Assembly: GCA_902607585.1 (NCBI GenBank)
Contig: CACLKP010000002.1
Span: 2,408-66,407, forward strand
Reading direction: 5' to 3'
Source of the DNA: an uncultured Pelagibacteraceae bacterium
Lineage (GTDB): Bacteria > Pseudomonadota > Alphaproteobacteria > Pelagibacterales > Pelagibacteraceae
DNA length: 64,000 bases
Shown here piece by piece: positions 12,908 to 24,685 of the stretch. The position numbers and the translations under genes were made by a program. Every line of letters begins with the position of its first letter. Position 1 is the stretch's first letter. The notes under the pieces were generated by a model that did not search any database, was not told the origin of the DNA, and saw only the letters and a program-made list of their open reading frames with translations.

Positions 12908-13039
12908 TTTATTTTGTTTAAAATTAATATTAGATTATTTTTTTTTTTTCCATCAAGTAATCATTCAATACCAACGCCAATTTAAGCAATAGATTTGTTG
13001 TAGATTTAATTACTTAAGAAAAAATGTTAAAATGCATAA

Positions 13040-15133
<2,094 letters not shown>

Positions 15134-15140
15134 TTTCCAA

Positions 15141-16427
15141 ATGAAATTATTGGAAATATTTAAATCAGAAAATAATATTCAATTAGATAAAAAAACTTTA
15201 GTCATATTAAGATGGATAGCAATTGTTGGGCAGTTTATAACAATAAATATTGTCTATTTTATTTTAAATTTTGATTTTCCTTTTATTTATTGTTACCTAA
15301 TTATTTTTTTTGGAATTTTAACAAATATTTTTTTACAGTTTAAAGTTAAAAAAAAACTTTTAAGTGATTTTAGTTCAATTTTATATTTAACATATGATCT
15401 TATTCAATTAGCTATACTTATTTTTTTTACAGGAGGCATAACCAATCCTTTTGTTATTTTGTTAGTTATACCGGCAATAGTTTCTTCAACTTTTTTATCA
15501 ATAAGAAGTACTATAAATTTATCTTTTATAACTGCGGCATCGTTGTTAATATTAACACTTTATCATTTTCCTCTTCCAAGCTCTGGAGATTTGCATTTTC
15601 ATACACCTGACTATTATTTGTATGGAATTCCAATAGCGATAATAATAGGACTGATTTTTTTGTGTTATTTTGGTGCGAGATTTGGTTTAGAAGCAAGAAA
15701 AAGGGCAGAGGCACTTACGAAATTAGAATTAGTATTGGCCAAAGAGCATGAATTAAAAACAATAGGAGTTCAGGCTGCAGCAGCGGCACACTCATTAAGT
15801 ACACCTTTATCTACGATTAAATTAGTTGCAAAAGAATTAGAGAAAGAAATAGGAAATAAGGAGAAATATGCAAAAGATATAAAATTACTTTTAAGTCAAT
15901 CATCAAGATGTGGAGAAATATTAAAAAAACTTTCTATGGTTCCTTTAAAAAGAGATGATTTTTTTGAAAATGTAAGATTAGAAGATTTATTAGGTGAAAT
16001 AATAAACTCATTTAAAGAAATTTCTAATAAAAAATTTTCAATTAAATCTGAAAACAATAAATATGATCCTATAGTTAAAAGAAAAGCTGAGCTTACATAT
16101 GGATTAAGAAATTTTATTGGAAATGCGTCAAAATTTAGTCAATCTTTAGTGATGATTGTATTAGAAAGTGATAACAAGGTAACGCAAATTAAAATTTGTG
16201 ATGATGGTCCAGGCTTTCCTGAAGATATAAAAAATTTTTTAGGTGAACCTTATATTCATAGTAAAAATCAAGCAATTGATTCTAAATCAGGATTAGGTTT
16301 AGGTACGTTTATTGGTAAAACACTTTTAGAAAGAATAAAAGCAAATGTTAAGTTTGGCAAATATGCTAAGACAAATGGTGCTATGGTTACCATTCAGTGG
16401 CAAACTAACAATTTGCTTTCTATCTAA
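15141..16427 (+). CDS. regB: RegB/PrrB-type redox-sensing histidine kinase
   Basis: The N-terminal half is polytopic and contains the GGITNPF quinone-box-like motif. It has the H-box AAAAAHSLSTPLSTI, a Cys in SSRCGEIL, and G-box motifs DDGPGFP and GLGLG. Confidence 0.8.
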   Translation: MKLLEIFKSENNIQLDKKTLVILRWIAIVGQFITINIVYFILNFDFPFIYCYLIIFFGILTNIFLQFKVKKKLLSDFSSILYLTYDLIQLAILIFFTGGITNPFVILLVIPAIVSSTFLSIRSTINLSFITAASLLILTLYHFPLPSSGDLHFHTPDYYLYGIPIAIIIGLIFLCYFGARFGLEARKRAEALTKLELVLAKEHELKTIGVQAAAAAHSLSTPLSTIKLVAKELEKEIGNKEKYAKDIKLLLSQSSRCGEILKKLSMVPLKRDDFFENVRLEDLLGEIINSFKEISNKKFSIKSENNKYDPIVKRKAELTYGLRNFIGNASKFSQSLVMIVLESDNKVTQIKICDDGPGFPEDIKNFLGEPYIHSKNQAIDSKSGLGLGTFIGKTLLERIKANVKFGKYAKTNGAMVTIQWQTNNLLSI

Positions 16428-17310
16428 ATTTTTTTTTGAATTCAAAAGAATAGGAAATTATTTTATAAGCTAGTTTTGCAACCAAAAAGTTATAAGAATC
16501 AAATCCTTTTATAGGAGACAGTTCATTTATATCTGCCCCTACAATATGTGAAGATTGTGCAGCTACTTTGATAATTTTGATTGTTTCGTCCCAAAATAAA
16601 CCACCTGGTTCTGGTGTTCCTGTTGCGGGCATTAAACTTAAATCTAAACCATCTACGTCAAAAGTTAAATATACTTTTTTGTTTTTGATAATTTTTTTAA
16701 ATTTATTTAAATTCCATTTTAATTTATCTTTTGCCCAAAAAATATTTATTCTTTTTTTGTTCTTATTTAAAAAAGGCATTTCACTCAATGAAATATTTCT
16801 TATGCCAAACGATACCACACTAACATTAAGATTATCTAGGCACCTTCTAATTGCAGATGCATGAGAAAACTTATTTCCATTATAACTATTTCTAAGATCA
16901 GCATGTGCATCAAAATGGAGTAAACATATTTTGCCAAATTTTTTTATAAAAGGCCTAATAGCCCCAGATGTTAAAGAATGTTCTCCACCCAAAATTAAAG
17001 GGAACTTTTCTCTCTCTAATAAAAATTTGTTAATATTCTCTATTTGCTTAAGTGCATCTACAATATTTTTTTTTATAGGAAAAGGTTTTAAAGTTTTTAT
17101 GCCGATACTTTTATAAGGCTCTTTATTTAAATCTTCGTCAAACAGCTCTACTTGATGCGAAGCTTTTATTATTTCTCTTGGACCTTTGTTTGTTCCACCT
17201 CCATAGCTTACGGTTTTTTCAAGCCCAAAAGGTATTACAACAACATTTTCTTTATTATTACTTTTATTATCTGTTCCAAGAAATCCTTTTTTATTTGAAA
17301 GATATTTCAA
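16420..17310 (-). CDS. speB: agmatinase-family ureohydrolase
   Basis: The 296-aa ORF has the arginase-fold Mn-binding motifs GGEHS, HFDAHADL and DVDGLD. Its 3' end overlaps the regB stop convergently by 8 nt. Confidence 0.85.
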   Translation of the reverse strand: MKYLSNKKGFLGTDNKSNNKENVVVIPFGLEKTVSYGGGTNKGPREIIKASHQVELFDEDLNKEPYKSIGIKTLKPFPIKKNIVDALKQIENINKFLLEREKFPLILGGEHSLTSGAIRPFIKKFGKICLLHFDAHADLRNSYNGNKFSHASAIRRCLDNLNVSVVSFGIRNISLSEMPFLNKNKKRINIFWAKDKLKWNLNKFKKIIKNKKVYLTFDVDGLDLSLMPATGTPEPGGLFWDETIKIIKVAAQSSHIVGADINELSPIKGFDSYNFLVAKLAYKIISYSFEFKKKFR

Positions 17311-17313
17311 TTT

Positions 17314-18360
17314 TTAACCAAATATATTTGAAAAACTTTTTCGTTGTCTTTCTTTCCAAAGATTGCGGTGGTAAGCATCACTGGCTATGAGAGGCAGAAC
17401 ACTAGTCGCTTCGGCAAAGACCATTTGTTCTTTTGAAGTATTAACTTTTCCCCAAGAACTTGCTTCTTTAAGAGTAGAACTACTGCAAGCACCATCTCTA
17501 GTGTCTGCCACAGTAATTTGTACGGCATATTTATGCATATCTACATTTTTACCTAAAAGTTCAGCGCAGACAACTGTATCTTGTACGAAGTTTTTTGGAA
17601 CTCCACCACCAATCATAAAAAGTCCGGAGGATTTAGATTTTATTTTTATTTCCGTTAATTCCCTAAATTCTCTAATAGAATCAATAGTGATACATTTTTT
17701 AGGATTTTTTTCTTGATGTATAACCAATCCGAATCCAGCACTAGAATCTGTAAAAGCAGGACAAAATATAGGTACGTTATTGTCATAAGCGGTTTCAATT
17801 AAAGAACCTTTTTTCTTTGAATTAGTTTTTAAGTACTTTCCAATTTCTTTTATAAATTCTCTTGAGGTATAAGGTCTTGGTTCTAAACCGTCAGCTATAT
17901 TGCAAATAGTTTTATCACATTTCTGAAGTTGTTCTTCGTCAATATAAGTATCGTATATTCTATCAATGTAGTTTTCTCTCAACTGAGTATCATCTTGAAA
18001 TTGAGATCCCTGATAGTGTCTAAATCCTAATGCTTCAAAAAAATCCATGTCAATAATTGAAGCTCCAGTAGCAACTATTACGTCAACCATATTATATTTA
18101 ACCATATCAGAATATATTTTCATACAGCCTGCGGCCGAAGTAGAACCTGCAAGTGTTAGAAAAATTGTACAATTTTTGTCAGATAACATTTCGTTAAAGA
18201 TACTAGATGCTTTAGCAGTGTCTCTTGAAGTAAAAGACATTTTGTCCATAGATTCTATAATTTTTCTAGAGTCAAAAGATGTAATATCAATATGCTCAAC
18301 AGGTTTTTCTAGGAAGGTCTTTTTATTATGACCCAACTTCAGATTTTTTGGGTTATTCAT
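17314..18360 (-). CDS. deoxyhypusine synthase-like protein (probable homospermidine-synthase-type aminobutyl transferase)
   Basis: The 348-aa ORF has DHS-family signatures (TLAGSTSAAGC, VIVATGASIIDMD, GGGVPKNF, SSWGK near the C-terminus). It is packed between the decarboxylase (0-nt gap) and the ureohydrolase (3-nt gap). Confidence 0.85.
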   Translation of the reverse strand: MNNPKNLKLGHNKKTFLEKPVEHIDITSFDSRKIIESMDKMSFTSRDTAKASSIFNEMLSDKNCTIFLTLAGSTSAAGCMKIYSDMVKYNMVDVIVATGASIIDMDFFEALGFRHYQGSQFQDDTQLRENYIDRIYDTYIDEEQLQKCDKTICNIADGLEPRPYTSREFIKEIGKYLKTNSKKKGSLIETAYDNNVPIFCPAFTDSSAGFGLVIHQEKNPKKCITIDSIREFRELTEIKIKSKSSGLFMIGGGVPKNFVQDTVVCAELLGKNVDMHKYAVQITVADTRDGACSSSTLKEASSWGKVNTSKEQMVFAEATSVLPLIASDAYHRNLWKERQRKSFSNIFG

Positions 18361-19539
18361 TTAAGCAACTAGATAATGAGAAATACTATCCTTTTCGTAC
18401 ATTGACATTATAGGTTTGTCATTTACTTCAAAAATTTTATCGGAATAAAAGCCATTAAACTTAGTTCTAAAAGTTAATGAATAAGCACCAAGCTGGCCAA
18501 TTTCTATATAATCACCTTCTTTTAAATTATTGGGCAAAACAAAAGGTCCCTTCATATAATCTGCGCTATCACACGTTGGGCCGTACAAACTGTAGGCAGT
18601 TAATTTTTTAGAAGTCATCCTTCCATTCGATATCATTCTTGTTGGAAGAACAAAGTTTAAAACACCCGCATCAAATAAACTGCCATAAGTTCCATCATTA
18701 ATATAAAGCTTTTGTTTTTTTCTAAGAACAACTCTTACTATTGAAGATCCACTTTCAGCAACTAGCGCTCTTCCAGGCTCACACAGTAATTCAGGTTTAT
18801 TTTCTAATTTTAAATCGTCAAAAGCTTTTTTAATTTCGTTAATATAACTTTCAAGAGGTTGTGGATTTAAATCTGGATAAATAGACGGAAATCCTCCTCC
18901 AACATTTATTATATCAGGAATTATTTTAGTTTTTTTAATTATATTTCCTACTTCTCTGATTCCTTTAGCATATGAAATTGGATGCATACACTGTGAACCC
19001 ACATGGAAACTTAAACCAACTTTTTTAGAATGTGCTTTAGCCAGCCTTAGCAAACCTAGTGCTTCACTAGGAAGCGCTCCAAATTTTTTTGATAAATCAA
19101 TTTCAGCATGTTCGTTTGAAATGGAGACTCTGACATAAAGAATTAAATCTTTAGCATTGTTAGTTGCTTCAATAATTTTTTGAAGCTCATCTTTTGTATC
19201 AAATGCAAAATCTCGAATATTATAATTGAAATATGCTTCTTTTATATGCTCACGACTTTTGATAGTATTCATGTAGTACGCTTGAGCTTTAGGAAAAATT
19301 TTTCTAATTAATTGAATTTCATTAATTGAGGCAACATCAAACCGATTAATGCCACTTCCACCTATATATTTAATTATTTTTTCATTTGGATTTGTTTTTA
19401 CAGCGTACAAGATGTTTCCTGGAAAATTACTTTTAAACCAGTTGCATGCTGATTTTATTGAATTAGGTCTTATGCAATAAATTGGGTCTACTGGTCGAAT
19501 AGAGTTAACCAGTTCGTTAACCGAATTAAATTTTTGCAT
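18361..19539 (-). CDS. alanine-racemase-fold PLP-dependent basic-amino-acid decarboxylase (ornithine/lysine/arginine decarboxylase family)
   Basis: The 392-aa ORF has the PLP-Lys motif YAVKTNPN, plus HVGSQ, NVGGGFP, CEPGRALV and GPTCDSAD, which matches eukaryote-type ODC-like enzymes. It is the first gene of a three-gene operon. Confidence 0.85.
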   Translation of the reverse strand: MQKFNSVNELVNSIRPVDPIYCIRPNSIKSACNWFKSNFPGNILYAVKTNPNEKIIKYIGGSGINRFDVASINEIQLIRKIFPKAQAYYMNTIKSREHIKEAYFNYNIRDFAFDTKDELQKIIEATNNAKDLILYVRVSISNEHAEIDLSKKFGALPSEALGLLRLAKAHSKKVGLSFHVGSQCMHPISYAKGIREVGNIIKKTKIIPDIINVGGGFPSIYPDLNPQPLESYINEIKKAFDDLKLENKPELLCEPGRALVAESGSSIVRVVLRKKQKLYINDGTYGSLFDAGVLNFVLPTRMISNGRMTSKKLTAYSLYGPTCDSADYMKGPFVLPNNLKEGDYIEIGQLGAYSLTFRTKFNGFYSDKIFEVNDKPIMSMYEKDSISHYLVA

Positions 19540-19707
19540 CTCATGTTTCCCCTATTTTATTAAACAAAAAACAAAAAAAATTATAAAAAACTTTCTTAAG
19601 AATCGTATTTATAGAAATGACGAGCAATGTAAAGCATTAATTTATGGCCTTGAAAATTTATTTTTTGAACTTATATCGGTAGTAGATTAAATTTTAAAAA
19701 TAAAAAA

Positions 19708-20280
19708 ATGAGAACAGAACAAGAAAAAATAAATACTCAAAAAATCGCTGATTTTGCTGATAAAACGCTACTTATCGTTGATGATGATAATCCCTTAAGG
19801 GACAGATTAGCTCGAGCAATGGAAAAAAAAGGTTTTAAAGTAATTCAGGCAGCAAATGTGAAGACGGGGATAAACCATGCTAAAAATACACCTCCAGCGT
19901 TTGCAGTGGTTGATCTTCGCTTAGGTGATGGTAATGGATTAGAGGTAGTTAAAGAGATTCGAAGGCTTAAAAAGGATAGCAGAGTGGTTATGCTTACTGG
20001 ATACGGGAATATACCAACTGCAGTTGCGGCGGTAAAAGCTGGAGCTATTGATTATATACCAAAACCTGCTGATGCTGACGATGTAGAAAGTGCTCTTTTG
20101 GCTTCACCAGAATCTAAAGCTATTCCGCCAACAAACCCAATGTCTGCTGATAGAGTTAAATGGGAACATATTCACAGAGTTTTTGAATTATGTAATAGAA
20201 ATGTTTCAGAAACAGCACGTAGATTAAAAATGCACCGAAGAACTTTACAAAGAATTCTTTCTAAAAGATCTCCTAGGTAA
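19708..20280 (+). CDS. regA: RegA/PrrA/ActR-type response regulator
   Basis: The 190-aa ORF has a receiver domain (LLIVDDD, VVDLRLGDGNGL) and the highly conserved Fis-type HTH NVSETARRLKMHRRTLQRIL. Confidence 0.88.
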   Translation: MRTEQEKINTQKIADFADKTLLIVDDDNPLRDRLARAMEKKGFKVIQAANVKTGINHAKNTPPAFAVVDLRLGDGNGLEVVKEIRRLKKDSRVVMLTGYGNIPTAVAAVKAGAIDYIPKPADADDVESALLASPESKAIPPTNPMSADRVKWEHIHRVFELCNRNVSETARRLKMHRRTLQRILSKRSPR

Positions 20281-20833
20281 TTTTTATTAATTTTTTTGCT
20301 TTTAACAGGGTTGGAGCTAAAAATGACAATAATAAAATTTTAAGCAGTTCAGCCAATAAAAATGGTTGAGCACCAAGTTTAAAGATTGGTTTGTCCCATC
20401 CTATTAATGTACCCAACCAAACTAGGCCAAATATATAAATAAAACTTACAGAAAATATTAATTTTAAAAAAGTATTTATTAATCCTTTGTCATATTTAAA
20501 TGAACCTGCAAAATAAGTGGCAACTAAAAAACCAATTAAGTAACCCATTGTTGGGCCAGTGAAATATACTAAACCGATCCCTTTTTCTGGAGTTCCAGCA
20601 AATACTGGCAAACCAAAAATTCCTTCAAATAAATATAAGCTTATTGTAAGCAAACCGATTTTTGGTCCTAATGTTATTCCTAGAAATAAAACTACAAAAG
20701 TTTGCATAGTCATTGGTACTGGATAGAAAGGAATTTTGATTTTGGCAGAAATGGTAAGAAGTAAAGTTCCTAACACAGCAACTAAAATAACTTTAGCAAT
20801 TTTATTTAATTCAATTTTTTTGATTGCTTCCAT
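20273..20833 (-). CDS. bioY: biotin transporter S-component BioY
   Basis: The 186-aa polytopic protein has BioY-like motifs (PVPMTMQTF.VL, GP..GYL.GF). Its stop overlaps the regA stop convergently by 8 nt. Confidence 0.85.
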   Translation of the reverse strand: MEAIKKIELNKIAKVILVAVLGTLLLTISAKIKIPFYPVPMTMQTFVVLFLGITLGPKIGLLTISLYLFEGIFGLPVFAGTPEKGIGLVYFTGPTMGYLIGFLVATYFAGSFKYDKGLINTFLKLIFSVSFIYIFGLVWLGTLIGWDKPIFKLGAQPFLLAELLKILLLSFLAPTLLKAKKLIKIT

Positions 20834-20864
20834 TTAAATACAATACAACTTTTTTTAATGAAAT

Positions 20865-21794
20865 CTAGCCTTTTGTAAGATCAATAAATACATCTTCCAA
20901 ATTACCTTCATCTGTTGAAATATCATAAATTTCCATTCCTGAGTTTTTGATTTTACTTATTATTTCATCTATTTTGTGTTTCTTTCTTTCGTATAAAGCT
21001 GTTATTTCATTATTGGAAATATATGAAAAGTTTATTCCATTTAAATCTTTTGTATCAATTTTGTGTATTTCTTTTACTTTAAAAATAATTTTTTTAGTTT
21101 TTATACGGTTTAGTAAATTTTCTGTTGTATCTAACGTTACTAAATTTCCTTTATTTAGGATTGCTATTCTATTGCACATTTCTTCGGCTTCGTACATTAA
21201 GTGGGTGGTCAAGATTATTGTTACTCCTTGTTTGTTGAGCAATTTTACATTACTCCATAAATTTTGACGTAGCTGAACATCAACTCCTGCTGTTGGTTCA
21301 TCTAAAACTAAAATAGGCGGTCTATGAACCATAGCTTTAGCAATTAATAGTCTTCTTTTCATGCCACCCGACAAACTTCTAGCGTAAGAGTCAGCTTGTT
21401 TTTCAAGAGAAACCAAATTCAATATTGTGTCTGTTATTCTATCTTTTTTTGGTATTCCATATAGCCCTGCTTGGAGTTCTAAAAGTTTTCTAGGACTAAA
21501 AAAAGCATCAAGGTTTACCTCTTGCGGGACAATTCCAATAGAAGATCTAACTTGTCGTGGATTATTATCTAAATCATTACCCCAAACATTAACACTTCCA
21601 GAATTTTTTATAACCGTGCCTGCAAGGATATTTAAGAAGGTAGTTTTTCCAGCGCCATTAGGTCCCAGTAATCCAAAAATTTCCCCTTCTTTCACCTCTA
21701 AGTTTAAATTGTTTAGCGCTTTAATCTTGTTTGAGGATTTTTTAGAATAAATTTTAGTTAATTTTTCTACTTTTAATGCGTTTTTTTCATTCAT
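20865..21794 (-). CDS. ABC transporter ATP-binding protein (YadG / ABC-2 exporter type)
   Basis: The 309-aa ORF has Walker A (GPNGAGKTT), the signature LSGGMKRRL and Walker B (ILVLDEPTAGVD). It matches E. coli YadG, as I recall it, along its full length, including the C-terminal domain. Confidence 0.85.
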   Translation of the reverse strand: MNEKNALKVEKLTKIYSKKSSNKIKALNNLNLEVKEGEIFGLLGPNGAGKTTFLNILAGTVIKNSGSVNVWGNDLDNNPRQVRSSIGIVPQEVNLDAFFSPRKLLELQAGLYGIPKKDRITDTILNLVSLEKQADSYARSLSGGMKRRLLIAKAMVHRPPILVLDEPTAGVDVQLRQNLWSNVKLLNKQGVTIILTTHLMYEAEEMCNRIAILNKGNLVTLDTTENLLNRIKTKKIIFKVKEIHKIDTKDLNGINFSYISNNEITALYERKKHKIDEIISKIKNSGMEIYDISTDEGNLEDVFIDLTKG

Positions 21795-21850
21795 AATGAT
21801 TTAGCTTTTATATATCCATAACTATAATTAAAATAGGTTAATATTAATCT

Positions 21851-24622
21851 ATGAATCTCATAAAAAAAACTGACCATTTTTACCTTATTGATGGTTCGGG
21901 ATATATTTTTAGAGCATATTATGCTCTTCCTCCTCTTTCCAGAAAAAGTGATGGATTACCTACAGGAGCAGTTAGTGGATTTTGTTCTATGTTGTTTAAA
22001 TTATTAGAAGAATCCAGAAGTGATGATTCAGATAACAGACCAACGCATTTTGCAGTTATATTTGATTCTGCAAGAAAAAATTTTAGAAATGATATTTATA
22101 GCGAATATAAAGCTAATCGAACTGAAGCTCCTGAAGATTTAGTTCCTCAATTTGAATATATAAGAAAATCTGTTAAAGCGTTTAATTTACCATCCATAGA
22201 GCTAACTAATTATGAGGCTGACGATTTAATAGCGACCTATGCAAAAAAAATAATTGAAGCTGGGGCTAAAGTAACAGTAATTTCGTCAGATAAAGATTTA
22301 ATGCAATTGGTTTCTGACAATATTAGATTATACGATCCAATGAAAAGTAAGGTCTTGGGCGAAAAAGAAGTTATTGAAAAATTTGGAGTTAAGCCCAACC
22401 AAGTTGTTGATGTGCAGTCATTGGCCGGAGATTCTTCAGATAATGTTCCAGGCGTTCCTGGTATAGGTATAAAGACAGCATCTGAACTTATAAACAAATA
22501 TAAAACATTAGATATTCTTTTAAAGAAAGCCGAAGAGATTCCACAAAACAAAAGAAGAGAAACATTGTTGGCAAATAAAGATAAAGCTCTTTTAAGCAGA
22601 AAGTTAGTTACTCTTAAAGATGATGTTCCAGTTAAAGATGACCTTAATAGTTTTATTTTAAAAGATGTTCAAAATGAAAAACTTTATGATTTTTTAAGAG
22701 AAATGGAGTTTAATAAATTATTAAGTAGAGCCATAGGTTTTTATGGCGAAACAGGAAATAAAAAAATTAAAACAGTTAATCTCAAAATGCAGTCAGATAC
22801 AATTAATGTTAAAGGTTACGAAAGTATCACCAATGAGAAAACGTTAGATAAATGGTTAAAAATTTTAAACGAACAATCAGTTATATCAGTTGATACAGAG
22901 ACATCTTCACTCAATCCTTTAGAAGCAGATCTAGTTGGTATTTCATTTAGTTATGCACCAAATAAAGCTTGTTACATACCGTTGGCTCATAAAAATATTA
23001 AAGGTTTGAAAAAAGAAGTAGTATTAAAAAAAATTAAACCAATCTTGGAAGATCAAAGTATAAAAAAAGTTGGCCAAAACATTAAATTTGATTTTCTTAT
23101 TCTTAGTCAAAATAATATTGAAATAACTCCTCTAGAAGACACAATGTTAATTTCATATACTTTAGATGCTGGAACTAATAGACATAATTTAGATATACTT
23201 TCTGAAATTCACTTAAATCACAAAACTATTTCTTATAAAGAATTGGTTGGTACTGGAAAAAATAAATTGAATTTTTCTGACATTACATTAGACAAAGCCA
23301 CTGAATATGCGGCAGAGGATGCTGATGTAACGTTAAGGCTTTATAATTATCTCAGAGCAAGACTTGATGAGGAAAAATTAAATAAAATTTACGAGGATTT
23401 TGAAAAGCCTATGATAAAATTACTATCTAAACTAGAGTTTAATGGCATCAAGGTTGATAACATATATCTTAAAAAACTTTCTAAAAATTTTGAAGAGAAA
23501 TTAAAAAAGATAAAAAAAAAAATATACTCAATAGCTGGCAAAGAATTTAACATTGCTTCTCCAAAACAACTTGGTGAAATAATTTACAATGAACTTAAAA
23601 TTTCTAAATTAAAGAAAACAAAAAAAGGAAGCTTAGCAACTAGCGCAAGTATTCTCGAAGATCTTGCTCTTGCAGGACATAAATTTCCTAATTTAGTGTT
23701 AGAATGGAGACAAATCTCAAAACTTAAAAACACCTATTCAGACGCATTACAAGATCATATAAACAAGAAAACAAAAAGAGTGCATACATCTTTTTTATTA
23801 GCAGCTACAAATACTGGTAGATTAGCTTCTAGCGATCCAAATCTACAAAATATTCCAATTAAATCAGAGGAAGGAAAAGAAATTAGAAAGGCTTTTATTG
23901 CCGATAAAAAAAATGTTTTGATTTCTGCTGATTATAATCAAATAGAAATGAGAATTTTAGCTGATATGGCTGATGTAAAAGAATTAAAAAAAGCTTTTAA
24001 AAATAATGAAGATATTCATAGTTTGACTGCAAGTCAGGTTTTTAATGTACCAATTAATGAAGTTAACGAAGATCTTAGAAGAAAAGCAAAAACAATTAAT
24101 TTTGGTATCATTTATGGAATTACTCAATATGGATTGGCCAAACAAATTTCAGTATCGAATCAAGAAGCTTTAGATTTTATAAATGCTTATTTTAAAAAAT
24201 TTCCTCAAATAAAAGACTATATGAACTCAACAATAAGCGCATGCAGAAAACAAGGATATGTGAGTAATATTTTTGGTAGAAGAATTCATCTTAAAGGCAT
24301 CAATGATAAAAATTTTAGTATTAGAAGCTTTCAAGAGCGGGCAGCAATTAATGCTCCAATACAAGGTTCGGCAGCAGATATTATTAGACTAGCTATGATA
24401 AAAATAAATCGACTAATTGAAGAAGATAAAAAATTACAAACAAAGATGTTGTTACAAATACATGATGAGTTGATATTTGAATGTTTAGAAAAGGATGAGG
24501 CTTATGTAAAAAAAATTATTAAAGAAGCAATGGTGTCAATTTCAAAATCTGAGCATCATATGTTTTCAATTCCATTAGAAGTTAATGTAAACTCAGGATA
24601 TAATTGGGGAGAAGCACATTAA
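21851..24622 (+). CDS. polA: DNA polymerase I
   Basis: The 923-aa ORF has a 5'-nuclease domain (LIDGSGYIFRAYYA), a 3'-5' exonuclease domain (DTETSSLNP) and polymerase motifs (DYNQIEMRILA, RRKAKTINFGIIYG, QIHDELIFE). Confidence 0.96.
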   Translation: MNLIKKTDHFYLIDGSGYIFRAYYALPPLSRKSDGLPTGAVSGFCSMLFKLLEESRSDDSDNRPTHFAVIFDSARKNFRNDIYSEYKANRTEAPEDLVPQFEYIRKSVKAFNLPSIELTNYEADDLIATYAKKIIEAGAKVTVISSDKDLMQLVSDNIRLYDPMKSKVLGEKEVIEKFGVKPNQVVDVQSLAGDSSDNVPGVPGIGIKTASELINKYKTLDILLKKAEEIPQNKRRETLLANKDKALLSRKLVTLKDDVPVKDDLNSFILKDVQNEKLYDFLREMEFNKLLSRAIGFYGETGNKKIKTVNLKMQSDTINVKGYESITNEKTLDKWLKILNEQSVISVDTETSSLNPLEADLVGISFSYAPNKACYIPLAHKNIKGLKKEVVLKKIKPILEDQSIKKVGQNIKFDFLILSQNNIEITPLEDTMLISYTLDAGTNRHNLDILSEIHLNHKTISYKELVGTGKNKLNFSDITLDKATEYAAEDADVTLRLYNYLRARLDEEKLNKIYEDFEKPMIKLLSKLEFNGIKVDNIYLKKLSKNFEEKLKKIKKKIYSIAGKEFNIASPKQLGEIIYNELKISKLKKTKKGSLATSASILEDLALAGHKFPNLVLEWRQISKLKNTYSDALQDHINKKTKRVHTSFLLAATNTGRLASSDPNLQNIPIKSEEGKEIRKAFIADKKNVLISADYNQIEMRILADMADVKELKKAFKNNEDIHSLTASQVFNVPINEVNEDLRRKAKTINFGIIYGITQYGLAKQISVSNQEALDFINAYFKKFPQIKDYMNSTISACRKQGYVSNIFGRRIHLKGINDKNFSIRSFQERAAINAPIQGSAADIIRLAMIKINRLIEEDKKLQTKMLLQIHDELIFECLEKDEAYVKKIIKEAMVSISKSEHHMFSIPLEVNVNSGYNWGEAH

Positions 24623-24685
24623 TATTTCTAACACTTGCCCAATTTGTGACAATTTAGTATTTCTATATAGGACATATTTTTAGTT

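Noticed and set aside
16568-18331. Several plus-strand ORFs of 61-109 aa (16568-16864, 16931-17116, 17178-17390, 17387-17716, 18047-18331).
   Set aside because: All lie antisense within the speB and DHS-like genes, whose products carry complete catalytic motifs. The same reasoning applies to the other short track ORFs nested in katG, ubiB, gyrB, the ABC ATPase, polA, ahcY, priA, proA, lysA, argH and the helicase.
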